Origin: the human T2T-CHM13v2.0 reference genome, Homo sapiens
Length of the DNA: 64,000 nucleotides
Assembly (NCBI RefSeq): GCF_009914755.1
Contig: NC_060931.1
Direction: 5' to 3' (one strand)
The position numbers and the translations under genes were made by a program. Below are positions 1 to 12,828 of the stretch, one piece after another (the stretch's first letter is position 1; every line of letters starts with the position of its first letter). A model generated the notes under the pieces. The model searched no databases. It saw nothing but the letters and a program-made list of their open reading frames with translations, and had not been told where the DNA came from.

Positions 1-207
1 GGCATTTTCAGGTGGAGATTTCAAGCGATTTGAGGACAATTGCAGAAAAGGAAATATCTTCGTATAATAACCAGACAGAATCATTCTCAGAAAGTGCTTT
101 GTGATGTGTGCGTTCAACTCACAGAGTTTAACCTTTCTTTTCATAGAGGAGTTTGGAAACACACTGTTTGTAAAGTCTGCAAGTGGATACATGGACCTGT
201 TTGAGGC

Positions 208-224
208 CTTCGTTGGAAACGGGA
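208..224 (+). promoter_or_regulatory. CENP-B box 1 (CTTCGTTGGAAACGGGA), recurring once per HOR
   Basis: Exact match to the canonical 17-bp CENP-B box (core NTTCGNNNNANNCGGGN), preceded by GGACCTGTTTGAGGC. I saw no disrupted copy. Confidence 0.95.
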
Positions 225-547
225 TTTCTTCATTGAATGCTAGACGGAAGAATTCTCAGTAAATTCTTTGTGTTGTGTGCATTCAACTCACAGAGTGGAA
301 CGTCCCTTTAGACAGAGCAGATTTGAAACACTCTTTTTGCGGAATTTGCAAGTGGAGATTTCTAGCCATTTGATGCCAACAGTAGAAAGGGAAATATCTT
401 CAAATAAAAACCAGACAGAATCATTCTCAGAAAATTCTTTGTGATGTGTGCGTTCAACTCACATAGTTTAACCTTTCTTTTCATAGAGCAGTTTGGAAAC
501 ACTCTGTTTGTAAAGTCTGCAAGTGGATATATGGACCGCATTGAGGC

Positions 548-564
548 CTTCGTTGGAAACGGGA
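548..564 (+). promoter_or_regulatory. CENP-B box 2 (CTTCGTTGGAAACGGGA), recurring once per HOR; disrupted in six copies
   Basis: Exact canonical box 340 bp after box 1, usually preceded by GGACCGCATTGAGGC. Confidence 0.95.
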
Positions 565-887
565 TTTCTTCATTTCATGCTAGACAGAAGAATTCTCAGT
601 AACTTCTTTGTGCTGTGTGTATTCAACTCACAGAGTGGAACGTCCCTTTGCACAGAGCAGATTTGAAACACTCTTTTTGTGGAGTTTGCAAGTGGAGATT
701 TCAAGCGATTTGATGCCAACAGTAGAAAAGGAAATATCTTCAAATAAAAACTAGACAGAATCATTCTCAGAAACTACTTTGTGATGTGTGCCTTCAACTC
801 ACAGAGTTTAACCTTTCTTTTCTTAGAGCAGTTTAGAAACACTCTGCTTGTTATGTCTGCAAGTGGATATTTGGACCTCTTTGAGGC

Positions 888-904
888 CTTCGTTGCAAAC
901 GGGG
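888..904 (+). promoter_or_regulatory. CENP-B box 3, variant (CTTCGTTGCAAACGGGG), recurring once per HOR
   Basis: Differs from the canonical box at two non-core positions and keeps all nine core bases (TTCG....A..CGGG), so it is predicted to bind CENP-B. Confidence 0.88.
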
Positions 905-3900
905 TTTCTTCCTTTCATGCTAGACTAAGAAGAGTTCTCAGTAACTTTTTTGTGTTGTGTGTATTCAACTCACAGAGTTGAACCTTGCTTTAGAGAGAGC
1001 AGATTTGAAACACTCTTGCTGTGGCATTTTCAGGTGGAGATTTCAAGCGATTTGAGGACAATTGCAGAAAAGGAAATATCTTCGTATAATAACCAGACAG
1101 AATCATTCTCAGAAAGTGCTTTGTGATGTGTGCGTTCAACTCACAGAGTTTAACCTTTCTTTTCATAGAGGAGTTTGGAAACACACTGTTTGTAAAGTCT
1201 GCAAGTGGATATATGGACCTGTTTGAGGCCTTCGTTGGAAACGGGATTTCTTCATTGAATGCTAGACGGAAGAATTCTCAGTAAATTCTTTGTGTTGTGT
1301 GCATTCAACTCACAGAGTGGAACGTCCCTTTAGACAGAGCAGATTTGAAACACTCTTTTTGCGGAATTTGCAAGTGGAGATTTCTAGCCATTTGATGCCA
1401 ACAGTAGAAAGGGAAATATCTTCAAATAAAAACCAGACAGAATCATTCTCAGAAAATTCTTTGTGATGTGTGCGTTCAACTCACATAGTTTAACCTTTCT
1501 TTTCATAGAGCAGTTTGGAAACACTCTGTTTGTAAAGTCTGCAAGTGGATATATGGACCGCATTGAGGCCTTCGTTGGAAACGGGATTTCTTCATTTCAT
1601 GCTAGACAGAAGAATTCTCAGTAACTTCTTTGTGCTGTGTGTATTCAACTCACAGAGTGGAACGTCCCTTTACACAGAGCAGATTTGAAACACTCTTTTT
1701 TTGGAGTTTGCAAGTGGAGATTTCAAGCGATTTGATGCCAACAGTAGAAAAGGAAATATCTTCAAATAAAAACTAGACAGAATCATTCTCAGAAACTACT
1801 TTGTGATGTGTGCCTTCAACTCACAGAGTTTAACCTTTCTTTTCTTAGAGCAGTTTAGAAACACTCTGCTTGTTATGTCTGCAAGTGGATATTTGGACCT
1901 CTTTGAGGCCTTCGTTGCAAACGGGGTTTCTTCCTTTCATGCTAGACTAAGAAGAGTTCTCAGTAACTTTTTTGTGTTGTGTGTATTCAACTCACAGAGT
2001 TGAACCTTGCTTTAGAGAGAGCAGATTTGAAACACTCTTGCTGTGGCATTTTCAGGTGGAGATTTCAAGCGATTTGAGGACAATTGCAGAAAAGGAAATA
2101 TCTTCGTATAATAACCAGACAGAATCATTCTCAGAAAGTGCTTTGTGATGTGTGCGTTCAACTCACAGAGTTTAACCTTTCTTTTCATAGAGGAGTTTGG
2201 AAACACACTGTTTGTAAAGTCTGCAAGTGGATATATGGACCTGTTTGAGGCCTTCGTTGGAAACGGGATTTCTTCATTGAATGCTAGACGGAAGAATTCT
2301 CAGTAAATTCTTTGTGTTGTGTGCATTCAACTCACAGAGTGGAACGTCCCTTTAGACAGAGCAGATTTGAAACACTCTTTTTGCGGAATTTGCAAGTGGA
2401 GATTTCTAGCCATTTGATGCCAACAGTAGAAAGGGAAATATCTTCAAATAAAAACCAGACAGAATCATTCTCAGAAAATTCTTTGTGATGTGTGCGTTCA
2501 ACTCACATAGTTTAACCTTTCTTTTCATAGAGCAGTTTGGAAACACTCTGTTTGTAAAGTCTGCAAGTGGATATATGGACCGCATTGAGGCCTTCGTTGG
2601 AAACGGGATTTCTTCATTTCATGCTAGACAGAAGAATTCTCAGTAACTTCTTTGTGCTGTGTGTATTCAACTCACAGAGTGGAACGTCCCTTTACACAGA
2701 GCAGATTTGAAACACTATTTTTGTGGAGTTTGCAAGTGGAGATTTCAAGCGATTTGATGCCAACAGTAGAAAAGGAAATATCTTCAAATAAAAACTAGAC
2801 AGAATCATTCTCAGAAACTACTTTGTGATGTGTGCCTTCAACTCACAGAGTTTAACCTTTCTTTTCTTAGAGCAGTTTAGAAACACTCTGCTTGTTATGT
2901 CTGCAAGTGGATATTTGGACCTCTTTGAGGCCTTCGTTGCAAACGGGGTTTCTTCCTTTCATGCTAGACTAAGAAGAGTTCTCAGTAACTTTTTTGTGTT
3001 GTGTGTATTCAACTCACAGAGTTGAACCTTGCTTTAGAGAGAGCAGATTTGAAACACTCTTGCTGTGGCATTTTCAGGTGGAGATTTCAAGCGATTTGAG
3101 GACAATTGCAGAAAAGGAAATATCTTCGTATAATAACCAGACAGAATCATTCTCAGAAAGTGCTTTGTGATGTGTGCGTTCAACTCACAGAGTTTAACCT
3201 TTCTTTTCATAGAGGAGTTTGGAAACACACTGTTTGTAAGGACTGCAAGTGGATATATGGACCTGTTTGAGGCCTTCGTTGGAAACGGGATTTCTTCATT
3301 GAATGCTAGACGGAAGAATTCTCAGTAAATTCTTTGTGTTGTGTGCATTCAACTCACAGAGTGGAACGTCCCTTTAGACAGAGCAGATTTGAAACACTCT
3401 TTTTGTGGAATTTGCAAGTGGAGATTTCTAGCCATTTGATGCCAACAGTAGAAAGGGAAATATCTTCAAATAAAAACCAGACAGAATCATTCTCAGAAAA
3501 TTCTTTGTGATGTGTGCGTTCAACTCACATAGTTTAACCTTTCTTTTCATAGAGCAGTTTGGAAACACTCTGTTTGTAAAGTCTGCAAGTGGATATATGG
3601 ACCGCATTGAGGCCTTCGTTGGAAACGGGATTTCTTCATTTCATGCTAGACAGAAGAATTCTCAGTAACTTCTTTGTGCTGTGTGTATTCAACTCACAGA
3701 GTGGAACGTCCCTTTGCACAGAGCAGATTTGAAACACTCTTTTTGTTGAGTTTGCAAGTGGAGATTTCAAGCGATTTGATGCCAACAGTAGAAAAGGAAA
3801 TATCTTCAAATAAAAACTAGACAGAATCATTCTCAGAAACTACTTTGTGATGTGTGCCTTCAACTCACAGAGTTCAACCTTTCTTTTCTTAGAGCAGTTT

Positions 3901-5657
3901 AGAAACACTCTGCTTGTTATGTCTGCAAGTGGATATTTGGACCTCTTTGAGGCCTTCGTTGCAAACGGGGTTTCTTCCTTTCATGCTAGACTAAGAAGAG
4001 TTCTCAGTAACTTTTTTGTGTTGTGTGTATTCAACTCACAGAGTTGAACCTTGCTTTAGAGAGAGAAGATTTGAAACACTCTTGCTGTGGCATTTTCAGG
4101 TGGAGATTTCAAGCGATTTGAGGACAATTGCAGAAAAGGAAATATCTTCGTATAATAACCAGACAGAATCATTCTCAGAAAGTGCTTTGTGATGTGTGCG
4201 TTCAACTCACAGAGTTTAACCTTTCTTTTCATAGAGGAGTTTGGAAACACACTGTTTGTAAAGTCTGCAAGTGGATACATGGACCTGTTTGAGGCCTTCG
4301 TTGGAAACGGGATTTCTTCATTGAATGCTAGACGGAAGAATTCTCAGTAAATTCTTTGTGTTGTGTGCATTCAACTCACAGAGTGGAACGTCCCTTTAGA
4401 CAGAGCAGATTTGAAACACTCTTTTTGCGGAATTTGCAAGTGGAGATTTCTAGCCATTTGATGCCAACAGTAGAAAGGGAAATATCTTCAAATAAAAACC
4501 AGACAGAATCATTCTCAGAAAATTCTTTGTGATGTGTGCGTTCAACTCACATAGTTTAACCTTTCTTTTCATAGAGCAGTTTGGAAACACTCTGTTTGTA
4601 AAGTCTGCAAGTGGATATATGGACCGCATTGAGGCCTTCGTTGGAAACGGGATTTCTTCATTTCATGCTAGACAGAAGAATTCTCAGTAACTTCTTTGTG
4701 CTGTGTGTATTCAACTCACAGAGTGGAACGTCCCTTTCCACAGAGCAGATTTGAAACACTCTTTTTGTGGAGTTTGCAAGTGGAGATTTCAACCGATTTG
4801 ATGCCAACAGTAGAAAAGGAAATATCTTCAAATAAAAACTAGACAGAATCATTCTCAGAAACTACTTTGTGATGTGTGCCTTCAACTCACAGAGTTCAAC
4901 CTTTCTTTTCTTAGAGCAGTTTAGAAACACTCTGCTTGTTATGTCTGCAAGTGGATATTTGGACCTCTTTGAGGCCTTCGTTGCAAACGGGGTTTCTTCC
5001 TTTCATGCTAGACTAAGAAGAGTTCTCAGTAACTTTTTTGTGTTGTGTGTATTCAACTCACAGAGTTGAACCTTGCTTTAGAGAGAGCAGATTTGAAACA
5101 CTCTTGCTGTGGCATTTTCAGGTGGAGATTTCAAGCGATTTGAGGACAATTGCAGAAAAGGAAATATCTTCGTATAATAACCAGACAGAATCATTCTCAG
5201 AAAGTGCTTTGTGATGTGTGCGTTCAACTCACAGAGTTTAACCTTTCTTTTCATAGAGGAGTTTGGAAACACACTGTTTGTAAAGTCTGCAAGTGGATAC
5301 ATGGACCTGTTTGAGGCCTTCGTTGGAAACGGGATTTCTTCATTGAATGCTAGACGGAAGAATTCTCAGTAAATTCTTTGTGTTGTGTGCATTCAACTCA
5401 CAGAGTGGAACGTCCCTTTAGACAGAGCAGATTTGAAACACTCTTTTTGCGGAATTTGCAAGTGGAGATTTCTAGCCATTTGATGCCAACAGTAGAAAGG
5501 GAAATATCTTCAAATAAAAACCAGACAGAATCATTCTCAGAAAATTCTTTGTGATGTGTGCGTTCAACTCACATAGTTTAACCTTTCTTTTCATAGAGCA
5601 GTTTGGAAACACTCTGTTTGTAAAGTCTGCAAGTGGATATATGGACCGCATTGAGGC

Positions 5658-5674
5658 CTTCGTTGGAAACAGGA
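5658..5674 (+). promoter_or_regulatory. Disrupted CENP-B box 2 (AAACAGGA; G>A at 5671)
   Basis: CTTCGTTGGAAACAGGA: core CGGG changed to CAGG. Confidence 0.85.
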
Positions 5675-8600
5675 TTTCTTCATTTCATGCTAGACAGAAG
5701 AATTCTCAGTAACTTCTTTGTGCTGTGTGTATTCAACTCACAGAGTGGAACGTCCCTTTGCACAGAGCAGATTTGAAACACTCTTTTTGTGGAGTTTGCA
5801 AGTGGAGATTTCAAGCGATTTGATGCCAACAGTAGAAAAGGAAATATCTTCAAATAAAAACTAGACAGAATCATTCTCAGAAACTACTTTGTGATGTGTG
5901 CCTTCAACTCACAGAGTTTAACCTTTCTTTTCTTAGAGCAGTTTAGAAACACTCTGCTTGTTATGTCTGCAAGTGGATATTTGGACCTCTTTGAGGCCTT
6001 CGTTGCAAACGGGGTTTCTTCCTTTCATGCTAGACTAAGAAGAGTTCTCAGTAACTTTTTTGTGTTGTGTGTATTCAACTCACAGAGTTGAACCTTGCTT
6101 TAGAGAGAGCAGATTTGAAACACTCTTGCTGTGGCATTTTCAGGTGGAGATTTCAAGCGATTTGAGGACAATTGCAGAAAAGGAAATATCTTCGTATAAT
6201 AACCAGACAGAATCATTCTCAGAAAGTGCTTTGTGATGTGTGCGTTCAACTCACAGAGTTTAACCTTTCTTTTCATAGAGGAGTTTGGAAACACACTGTT
6301 TGTAAAGTCTGCAAGTGGATACATGGACCTGTTTGAGGCCTTCGTTGGAAACGGGATTTCTTCATTGAATGCTAGACGGAAGAATTCTCAGTAAATTCTT
6401 TGTGTTGTGTGCATTCAACTCACAGAGTGGAACGTCCCTTTAGACAGAGCAGATTTGAAACACTCTTTTTGCGGAATTTGCAAGTGGAGATTTCTAGCCA
6501 TTTGATGCCAACAGTAGAAAGGGAAATATCTTCAAATAAAAACCAGACAGAATCATTCTCAGAAAATTCTTTGTGATGTGTGCGTTCAACTCACATAGTT
6601 TAACCTTTCTTTTCATAGAGCAGTTTGGAAACACTCTGTTTGTAAAGTCTGCAAGTGGATATATGGACCGCATTGAGGCCTTCGTTGGAAACGGGATTTC
6701 TTCATTTCATGCTAGACAGAAGAATTCTCAGTAACTTCTTTGTGCTGTGTGTATTCAACTCACAGAGTGGAACGTCCCTTTGCAGAGAGCAGATTTGAAA
6801 CACTCTTTTTGTGGAGTTTGCAAGTGGAGATTTCAAGCGATTTGATGCCAACAGTAGAAAAGGAAATATCTTCAAATAAAAACTAGACAGAATCATTCTC
6901 AGAAACTACTTTGTGATGTGTGCCTTCAACTCACAGAGTTTAACCTTTCTTTTCTTAGAGCAGTTTAGAAACACTCTGCTTGTTATGACTGCAAGTGGAT
7001 ATTTGGACCTCTTTGAGGCCTTCGTTGCAAACGGGGTTTCTTCCTTTCATGCTAGACTAAGAAGAGTTCTCAGTAACTTTTTTGTGTTGTGTGTATTAAA
7101 CTCACAGAGTTGAACCTTGCTTTAGAGAGAGCAGATTTGAAACACTCTTGCTGTGGCATTTTCAGGTGGAGATTTCAAGCGATTTGAGGACAATTGCAGA
7201 AAAGGAAATATCTTCGTATAATAACCAGACAGAATCATTCTCAGAAAGTGCTTTGTGATGTGTGCGTTCAACTCACAGAGTTTAACCTTTCTTTTCATAG
7301 AGGAGTTTGGAAACACACTGTTTGTAAGGACTGCAAGTGGATATATGGACCTGTTTGAGGCCTTCGTTGGAAACGGGATTTCTTCATTGAATGCTAGACG
7401 GAAGAATTCTCAGTAAATTCTTTGTGTTGTGTGCATTCAACTCACAGAGTGGAACGTCCCTTTAGACACAGCAGATTTGAAACACTCTTTTTGCGGAATT
7501 TGCAAGTGGAGATTTCTAGCCATTTGATGCCAACAGTAGAAAGGGAAATATCTTCAAATAAAAACCAGACAGAATCATTCTCAGCAAATTCTTTGTGATG
7601 TGTGCGTTCAACTCACATAGTTTAACCTTTCTTTTCATAGAGCAGTTTGGAAACACTCTGTTTGTAAAGTCTGCAAGTGGATATATGGACCGCATTGAGG
7701 CCTTCGTTGGAAACGGGATTTCTTCATTTCATGCTAGACAGAAGAATTCTCAGTAACTTCTTTGTGCTGTGTGTATTCAACTCACAGAGTGGAACGTCCC
7801 TTTCCACAGAGCAGATTTGAAACACTCTTTTTGTGGAGTTTGCAAGTGGAGATTTCAACCGATTTGATGCCAACAGTAGAAAAGGAAATATCTTCAAATA
7901 AAAACTAGACAGAATCATTCTCAGAAACTACTTTGTGATGTGTGCCTTCAACTCACAGAGTTCAACCTTTCTTTTCTTAGAGCAGTTTAGAAACACTCTG
8001 CTTGTTATGTCTGCAAGTGGATATTTGGACCTCTTTGAGGCCTTCGTTGCAAACGGGGTTTCTTCCTTTCATGCTAGACTAAGAAGAGTTCTCAGTAACT
8101 TTTTTGTGTTGTGTGTATTCAACTCACAGAGTTGAACCTTGCTTTAGAGAGAGCAGATTTGAAACACTCTTGCTGTGGCATTTTCAGGTGGAGATTTCAA
8201 GCGATTTGAGGACAATTGCAGAAAAGGAAATATCTTCGTATAATAACCAGACAGAATCATTCTCAGAAAGTGCTTTGTGATGTGTGCGTTCAACTCACAG
8301 AGTTTAACCTTTCTTTTCATAGAGGAGTTTGGAAACACACTGTTTGTAAAGTCTGCAAGTGGATACATGGACCTGTTTGAGGCCTTCGTTGGAAACGGGA
8401 TTTCTTCATTGAATGCTAGACGGAAGAATTCTCAGTAAATTCTTTGTGTTGTGTGCATTCAACTCACAGAGTGGAACGTCCCTTTAGACAGAGCAGATTT
8501 GAAACACTCTTTTTGCGGAATTTGCAAGTGGAGATTTCTAGCCATTTGATGCCAACAGTAGAAAGGGAAATATCTTCAAATAAAAACCAGACAGAATCAT

Positions 8601-8723
8601 TCTCAGAAAATTCTTTGTGATGTGTGCGTTCAACTCACATAGTTTAACCTTTCTTTTCATAGAGCAGTTTGGAAACACTCTGTTTGTAAAGTCTGCAAGT
8701 GGATATATGGACCGCATTGAGGC

Positions 8724-8740
8724 CTTCGTTGGAAACAGGA
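8724..8740 (+). promoter_or_regulatory. Disrupted CENP-B box 2 (G>A at 8737)
   Basis: CTTCGTTGGAAACAGGA, 3,066 bp after the 5671 copy. Confidence 0.85.
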
Positions 8741-11700
8741 TTTCTTCATTTCATGCTAGACAGAAGAATTCTCAGTAACTTCTTTGTGCTGTGTGTATTC
8801 AACTCACAGAGTGGAACGTCCCTTTACACAGAGCAGATTTGAAACACTCTTTTTGTGGAGTTTGCAAGTGGAGATTTCAAGCGATTTGATGCCAACAGTA
8901 GAAAAGGAAATATCTTCAAATAAAAACTAGACAGAATCATTCTCAGAAACTACTTTGTGATGTGTGCCTTCAACTCACAGAGTTTAACCTTTCTTTTCTT
9001 AGAGCAGTTTAGAAACACTCTGCTTGTTATGTCTGCAAGTGGATATTTGGACCTCTTTGAGGCCTTCGTTGCAAACGGGGTTTCTTCCTTTCATGCTAGA
9101 CTAAGAAGAGTTCTCAGTAACTTTTTTGTGTTGTGTGTATTCAACTCACAGAGTTGAACCTTGCTTTAGAGAGAGCAGATTTGAAACACTCTTGCTGTGG
9201 CATTTTCAGGTGGAGATTTCAAGCGATTTGAGGACAATTGCAGAAAAGGAAATATCTTCGTATAATAACCAGACAGAATCATTCTCAGAAAGTGCTTTGT
9301 GATGTGTGCGTTCAACTCACAGAGTTTAACCTTTCTTTTCATAGAGGAGTTTGGAAACACACTGTTTGTAAAGTCTGCAAGTGGATACATGGACCTGTTT
9401 GAGGCCTTCGTTGGAAACGGGATTTCTTCATTGAATGCTAGACGGAAGAATTCTCAGTAAATTCTTTGTGTTGTGTGCATTCAACTCACAGAGTGGAACG
9501 TCCCTTTAGACAGAGCAGATTTGAAACACTCTTTTTGCGGAATTTGCAAGTGGAGATTTCTAGCCATTTGATGCCAACAGTAGAAAGGGAAATATCTTCA
9601 AATAAAAACCAGACAGAATCATTCTCAGAAAATTCTTTGTGATGTGTGCGTTCAACTCACATAGTTTAACCTTTCTTTTCATAGAGCAGTTTGGAAACAC
9701 TCTGTTTGTAAAGTCTGCAAGTGGATATATGGACCGCATTGAGGCCTTCGTTGGAAACGGGATTTCTTCATTTCATGCTAGACAGAAGAATTCTCAGTAA
9801 CTTCTTTGTGCTGTGTGTATTCAACTCACAGAGTGGAACGTCCCTTTGCAGAGAGCAGATTTGAAACACTCTTTTTGTGGAGTTTGCAAGTGGAGATTTC
9901 AAGCGATTTGATGCCAACAGTAGAAAAGGAAATATCTTCAAATAAAAACTAGACAGAATCATTCTCAGAAACTACTTTGTGATGTGTGCCTTCAACTCAC
10001 AGAGTTTAACCTTTCTTTTCTTAGAGCAGTTTAGAAACACTCTGCTTGTTACGTCTGCAAGTGGATATTTGGACCTCTTTGAGGCCTTCGTTGCAAACGG
10101 GGTTTCTTCCTTTCATGCTAGACTAAGAAGAGTTCTCAGTAACTTTTTTGTGTTGTGTGTATTCAACTCACAGAGTTGAACCTTGCTTTAGAGAGAGCAG
10201 ATTTGAAACACTCTTGCTGTGGCATTTTCAGGTGGAGATTTCAAGCGATTTGAGGACAATTGCAGAAAAGGAAATATCTTCGTATAATAACCAGACAGAA
10301 TCATTCTCAGAAAGTGCTTTGTGATGTGTGCGTTCAACTCACAGAGTTTAACCTTTCTTTTCATAGAGGAGTTTGGAAACACACTGTTTGTAAAGTCTGC
10401 AAGTGGATATATGGACCTGTTTGAGGCCTTCGTTGGAAACGGGATTTCTTCATTGAATGCTAGACGGAAGAATTCTCAGTAAATTCTTTGTGTTGTGTGC
10501 ATTCAACTCACAGAGTGGAACGTCCCTTTAGACAGAGCAGATTTGAAACACTCTTTTTGCGGAATTTGCAAGTGGAGATTTCTAGCCATTTGATGCCAAC
10601 AGTAGAAAGGGAAATATCTTCAAATAAAAACCAGACAGAATCATTCTCAGAAAATTCTTTGTGATGTGTGCGTTCAACTCACATAGTTTAACCTTTCTTT
10701 TCATAGAGCAGTTTGGAAACACTCTGTTTGTAAAGTCTGCAAGTGGATATATGGACCGCATTGAGGCCTTCGTTGGAAACGGGATTTCTTCATTTCATGC
10801 TAGACAGAAGAATTCTCAGTAACTTCTTTGTGCTGTGTGTATTCAACTCACAGAGTGGAACGTCCCTTTGCAGAGAGCAGATTTGAAACACTCTTTTTGT
10901 GGAGTTTGCAAGTGGAGATTTCAAGCGATTTGATGCCAACAGTAGAAAAGGAAATATCTTCAAATAAAAACTAGACAGAATCATTCTCAGAAACTACTTT
11001 GTGATGTGTGCCTTCAACTCACAGAGTTTAACCTTTCTTTTCTTAGAGCAGTTTAGAAACACTCTGCTTGTTATGTCTGCAAGTGGATATTTGGACCTCT
11101 TTGAGGCCTTCGTTGCAAACGGGGTTTCTTCCTTTCATGCTAGACTAAGAAGAGTTCTCAGTAACTTTTTTGTGTTGTGTGTATTAAACTCACAGAGTTG
11201 AACCTTGCTTTAGAGAGAGCAGATTTGAAACACTCTTGCTGTGGCATTTTCAGGTGGAGATTTCAAGCGATTTGAGGACAATTGCAGAAAAGGAAATATC
11301 TTCGTATAATAACCAGACAGAATCATTCTCAGAAAGTGCTTTGTGATGTGTGCGTTCAACTCACAGAGTTTAACCTTTCTTTTCATAGAGGAGTTTGGAA
11401 ACACACTGTTTGTAAGGACTGCAAGTGGATATATGGACCTGTTTGAGGCCTTCGTTGGAAACGGGATTTCTTCATTGAATGCTAGACGGAAGAATTCTCA
11501 GTAAATTCTTTGTGTTGTGTGCATTCAACTCACAGAGTGGAACGTCCCTTTAGACACAGCAGATTTGAAACACTCTTTTTGCGGAATTTGCAAGTGGAGA
11601 TTTCTAGCCATTTGATGCCAACAGTAGAAAGGGAAATATCTTCAAATAAAAACCAGACAGAATCATTCTCAGCAAATTCTTTGTGATGTGTGCGTTCAAC

Positions 11701-12811
11701 TCACATAGTTTAACCTTTCTTTTCATAGAGCAGTTTGGAAACACTCTGTTTGTAAAGTCTGCAAGTGGATATATGGACCGCATTGAGGCCTTCGTTGGAA
11801 ACGGGATTTCTTCATTTCATGCTAGACAGAAGAATTCTCAGTAACTTCTTTGTGCTGTGTGTATTCAACTCACAGAGTGGAACGTCCCTTTCCACAGAGC
11901 AGATTTGAAACACTCTTTTTGTGGAGTTTGCAAGTGGAGATTTCAACCGATTTGATGCCAACAGTAGAAAAGGAAATATCTTCAAATAAAAACTAGACAG
12001 AATCATTCTCAGAAACTACTTTGTGATGTGTGCCTTCAACTCACAGAGTTCAACCTTTCTTTTCTTAGAGCAGTTTAGAAACACTCTGCTTGTTATGTCT
12101 GCAAGTGGATATTTGGACCTCTTTGAGGCCTTCGTTGCAAACGGGGTTTCTTCCTTTCATGCTAGACTAAGAAGAGTTCTCAGTAACTTTTTTGTGTTGT
12201 GTGTATTCAACTCACAGAGTTGAACCTTGCTTTAGAGAGAGCAGATTTGAAACACTCTTGCTGTGGCATTTTCAGGTGGAGATTTCAAGCGATTTGAGGA
12301 CAATTGCAGAAAAGGAAATATCTTCGTATAATAACCAGACAGAATCATTCTCAGAAAGTGCTTTGTGATGTGTGCGTTCAACTCACAGAGTTTAACCTTT
12401 CTTTTCATAGAGGAGTTTGGAAACACACTGTTTGTAAAGTCTGCAAGTGGATACATGGACCTGTTTGAGGCCTTCGTTGGAAACGGGATTTCTTCATTGA
12501 ATGCTAGACGGAAGAATTCTCAGTAAATTCTTTGTGTTGTGTGCATTCAACTCACAGAGTGGAACGTCCCTTTAGACAGAGCAGATTTGAAACACTCTTT
12601 TTGCGGAATTTGCAAGTGGAGATTTCTAGCCATTTGATGCCAACAGTAGAAAGGGAAATATCTTCAAATAAAAACCAGACAGAATCATTCTCAGAAAATT
12701 CTTTGTGATGTGTGCGTTCAACTCACATAGTTTAACCTTTCTTTTCATAGAGCAGTTTGGAAACACTCTGTTTGTAAAGTCTGCAAGTGGATATATGGAC
12801 CGCATTGAGGC

Positions 12812-12828
12812 CTTCGTTGGAAACAGGA
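12812..12828 (+). promoter_or_regulatory. Disrupted CENP-B box 2 (G>A at 12825)
   Basis: CTTCGTTGGAAACAGGA, 4,088 bp after the 8737 copy. Confidence 0.85.

Larger units (their letters stand above)
82..1103 (+). repeat. One representative complete 6-mer HOR unit (three diverged dimers of about 340 bp)
   Basis: Monomer anchors ((C/A)ATTCTCAG, or AGTTCTCAG) lie at 82, 251, 422, 591, 762, 933 and 1104. The spacings 169, 171, 169, 171, 171, 171 sum to 1,022. The third dimer is 2 bp longer (TAGACTAAGAAGAGTTCTC versus TAGACAGAAGAATTCTC). Confidence 0.92.

Noticed and set aside
888-904. Box 3 as a non-functional CENP-B box
   Set aside because: Its two differences lie outside the nine core recognition positions.
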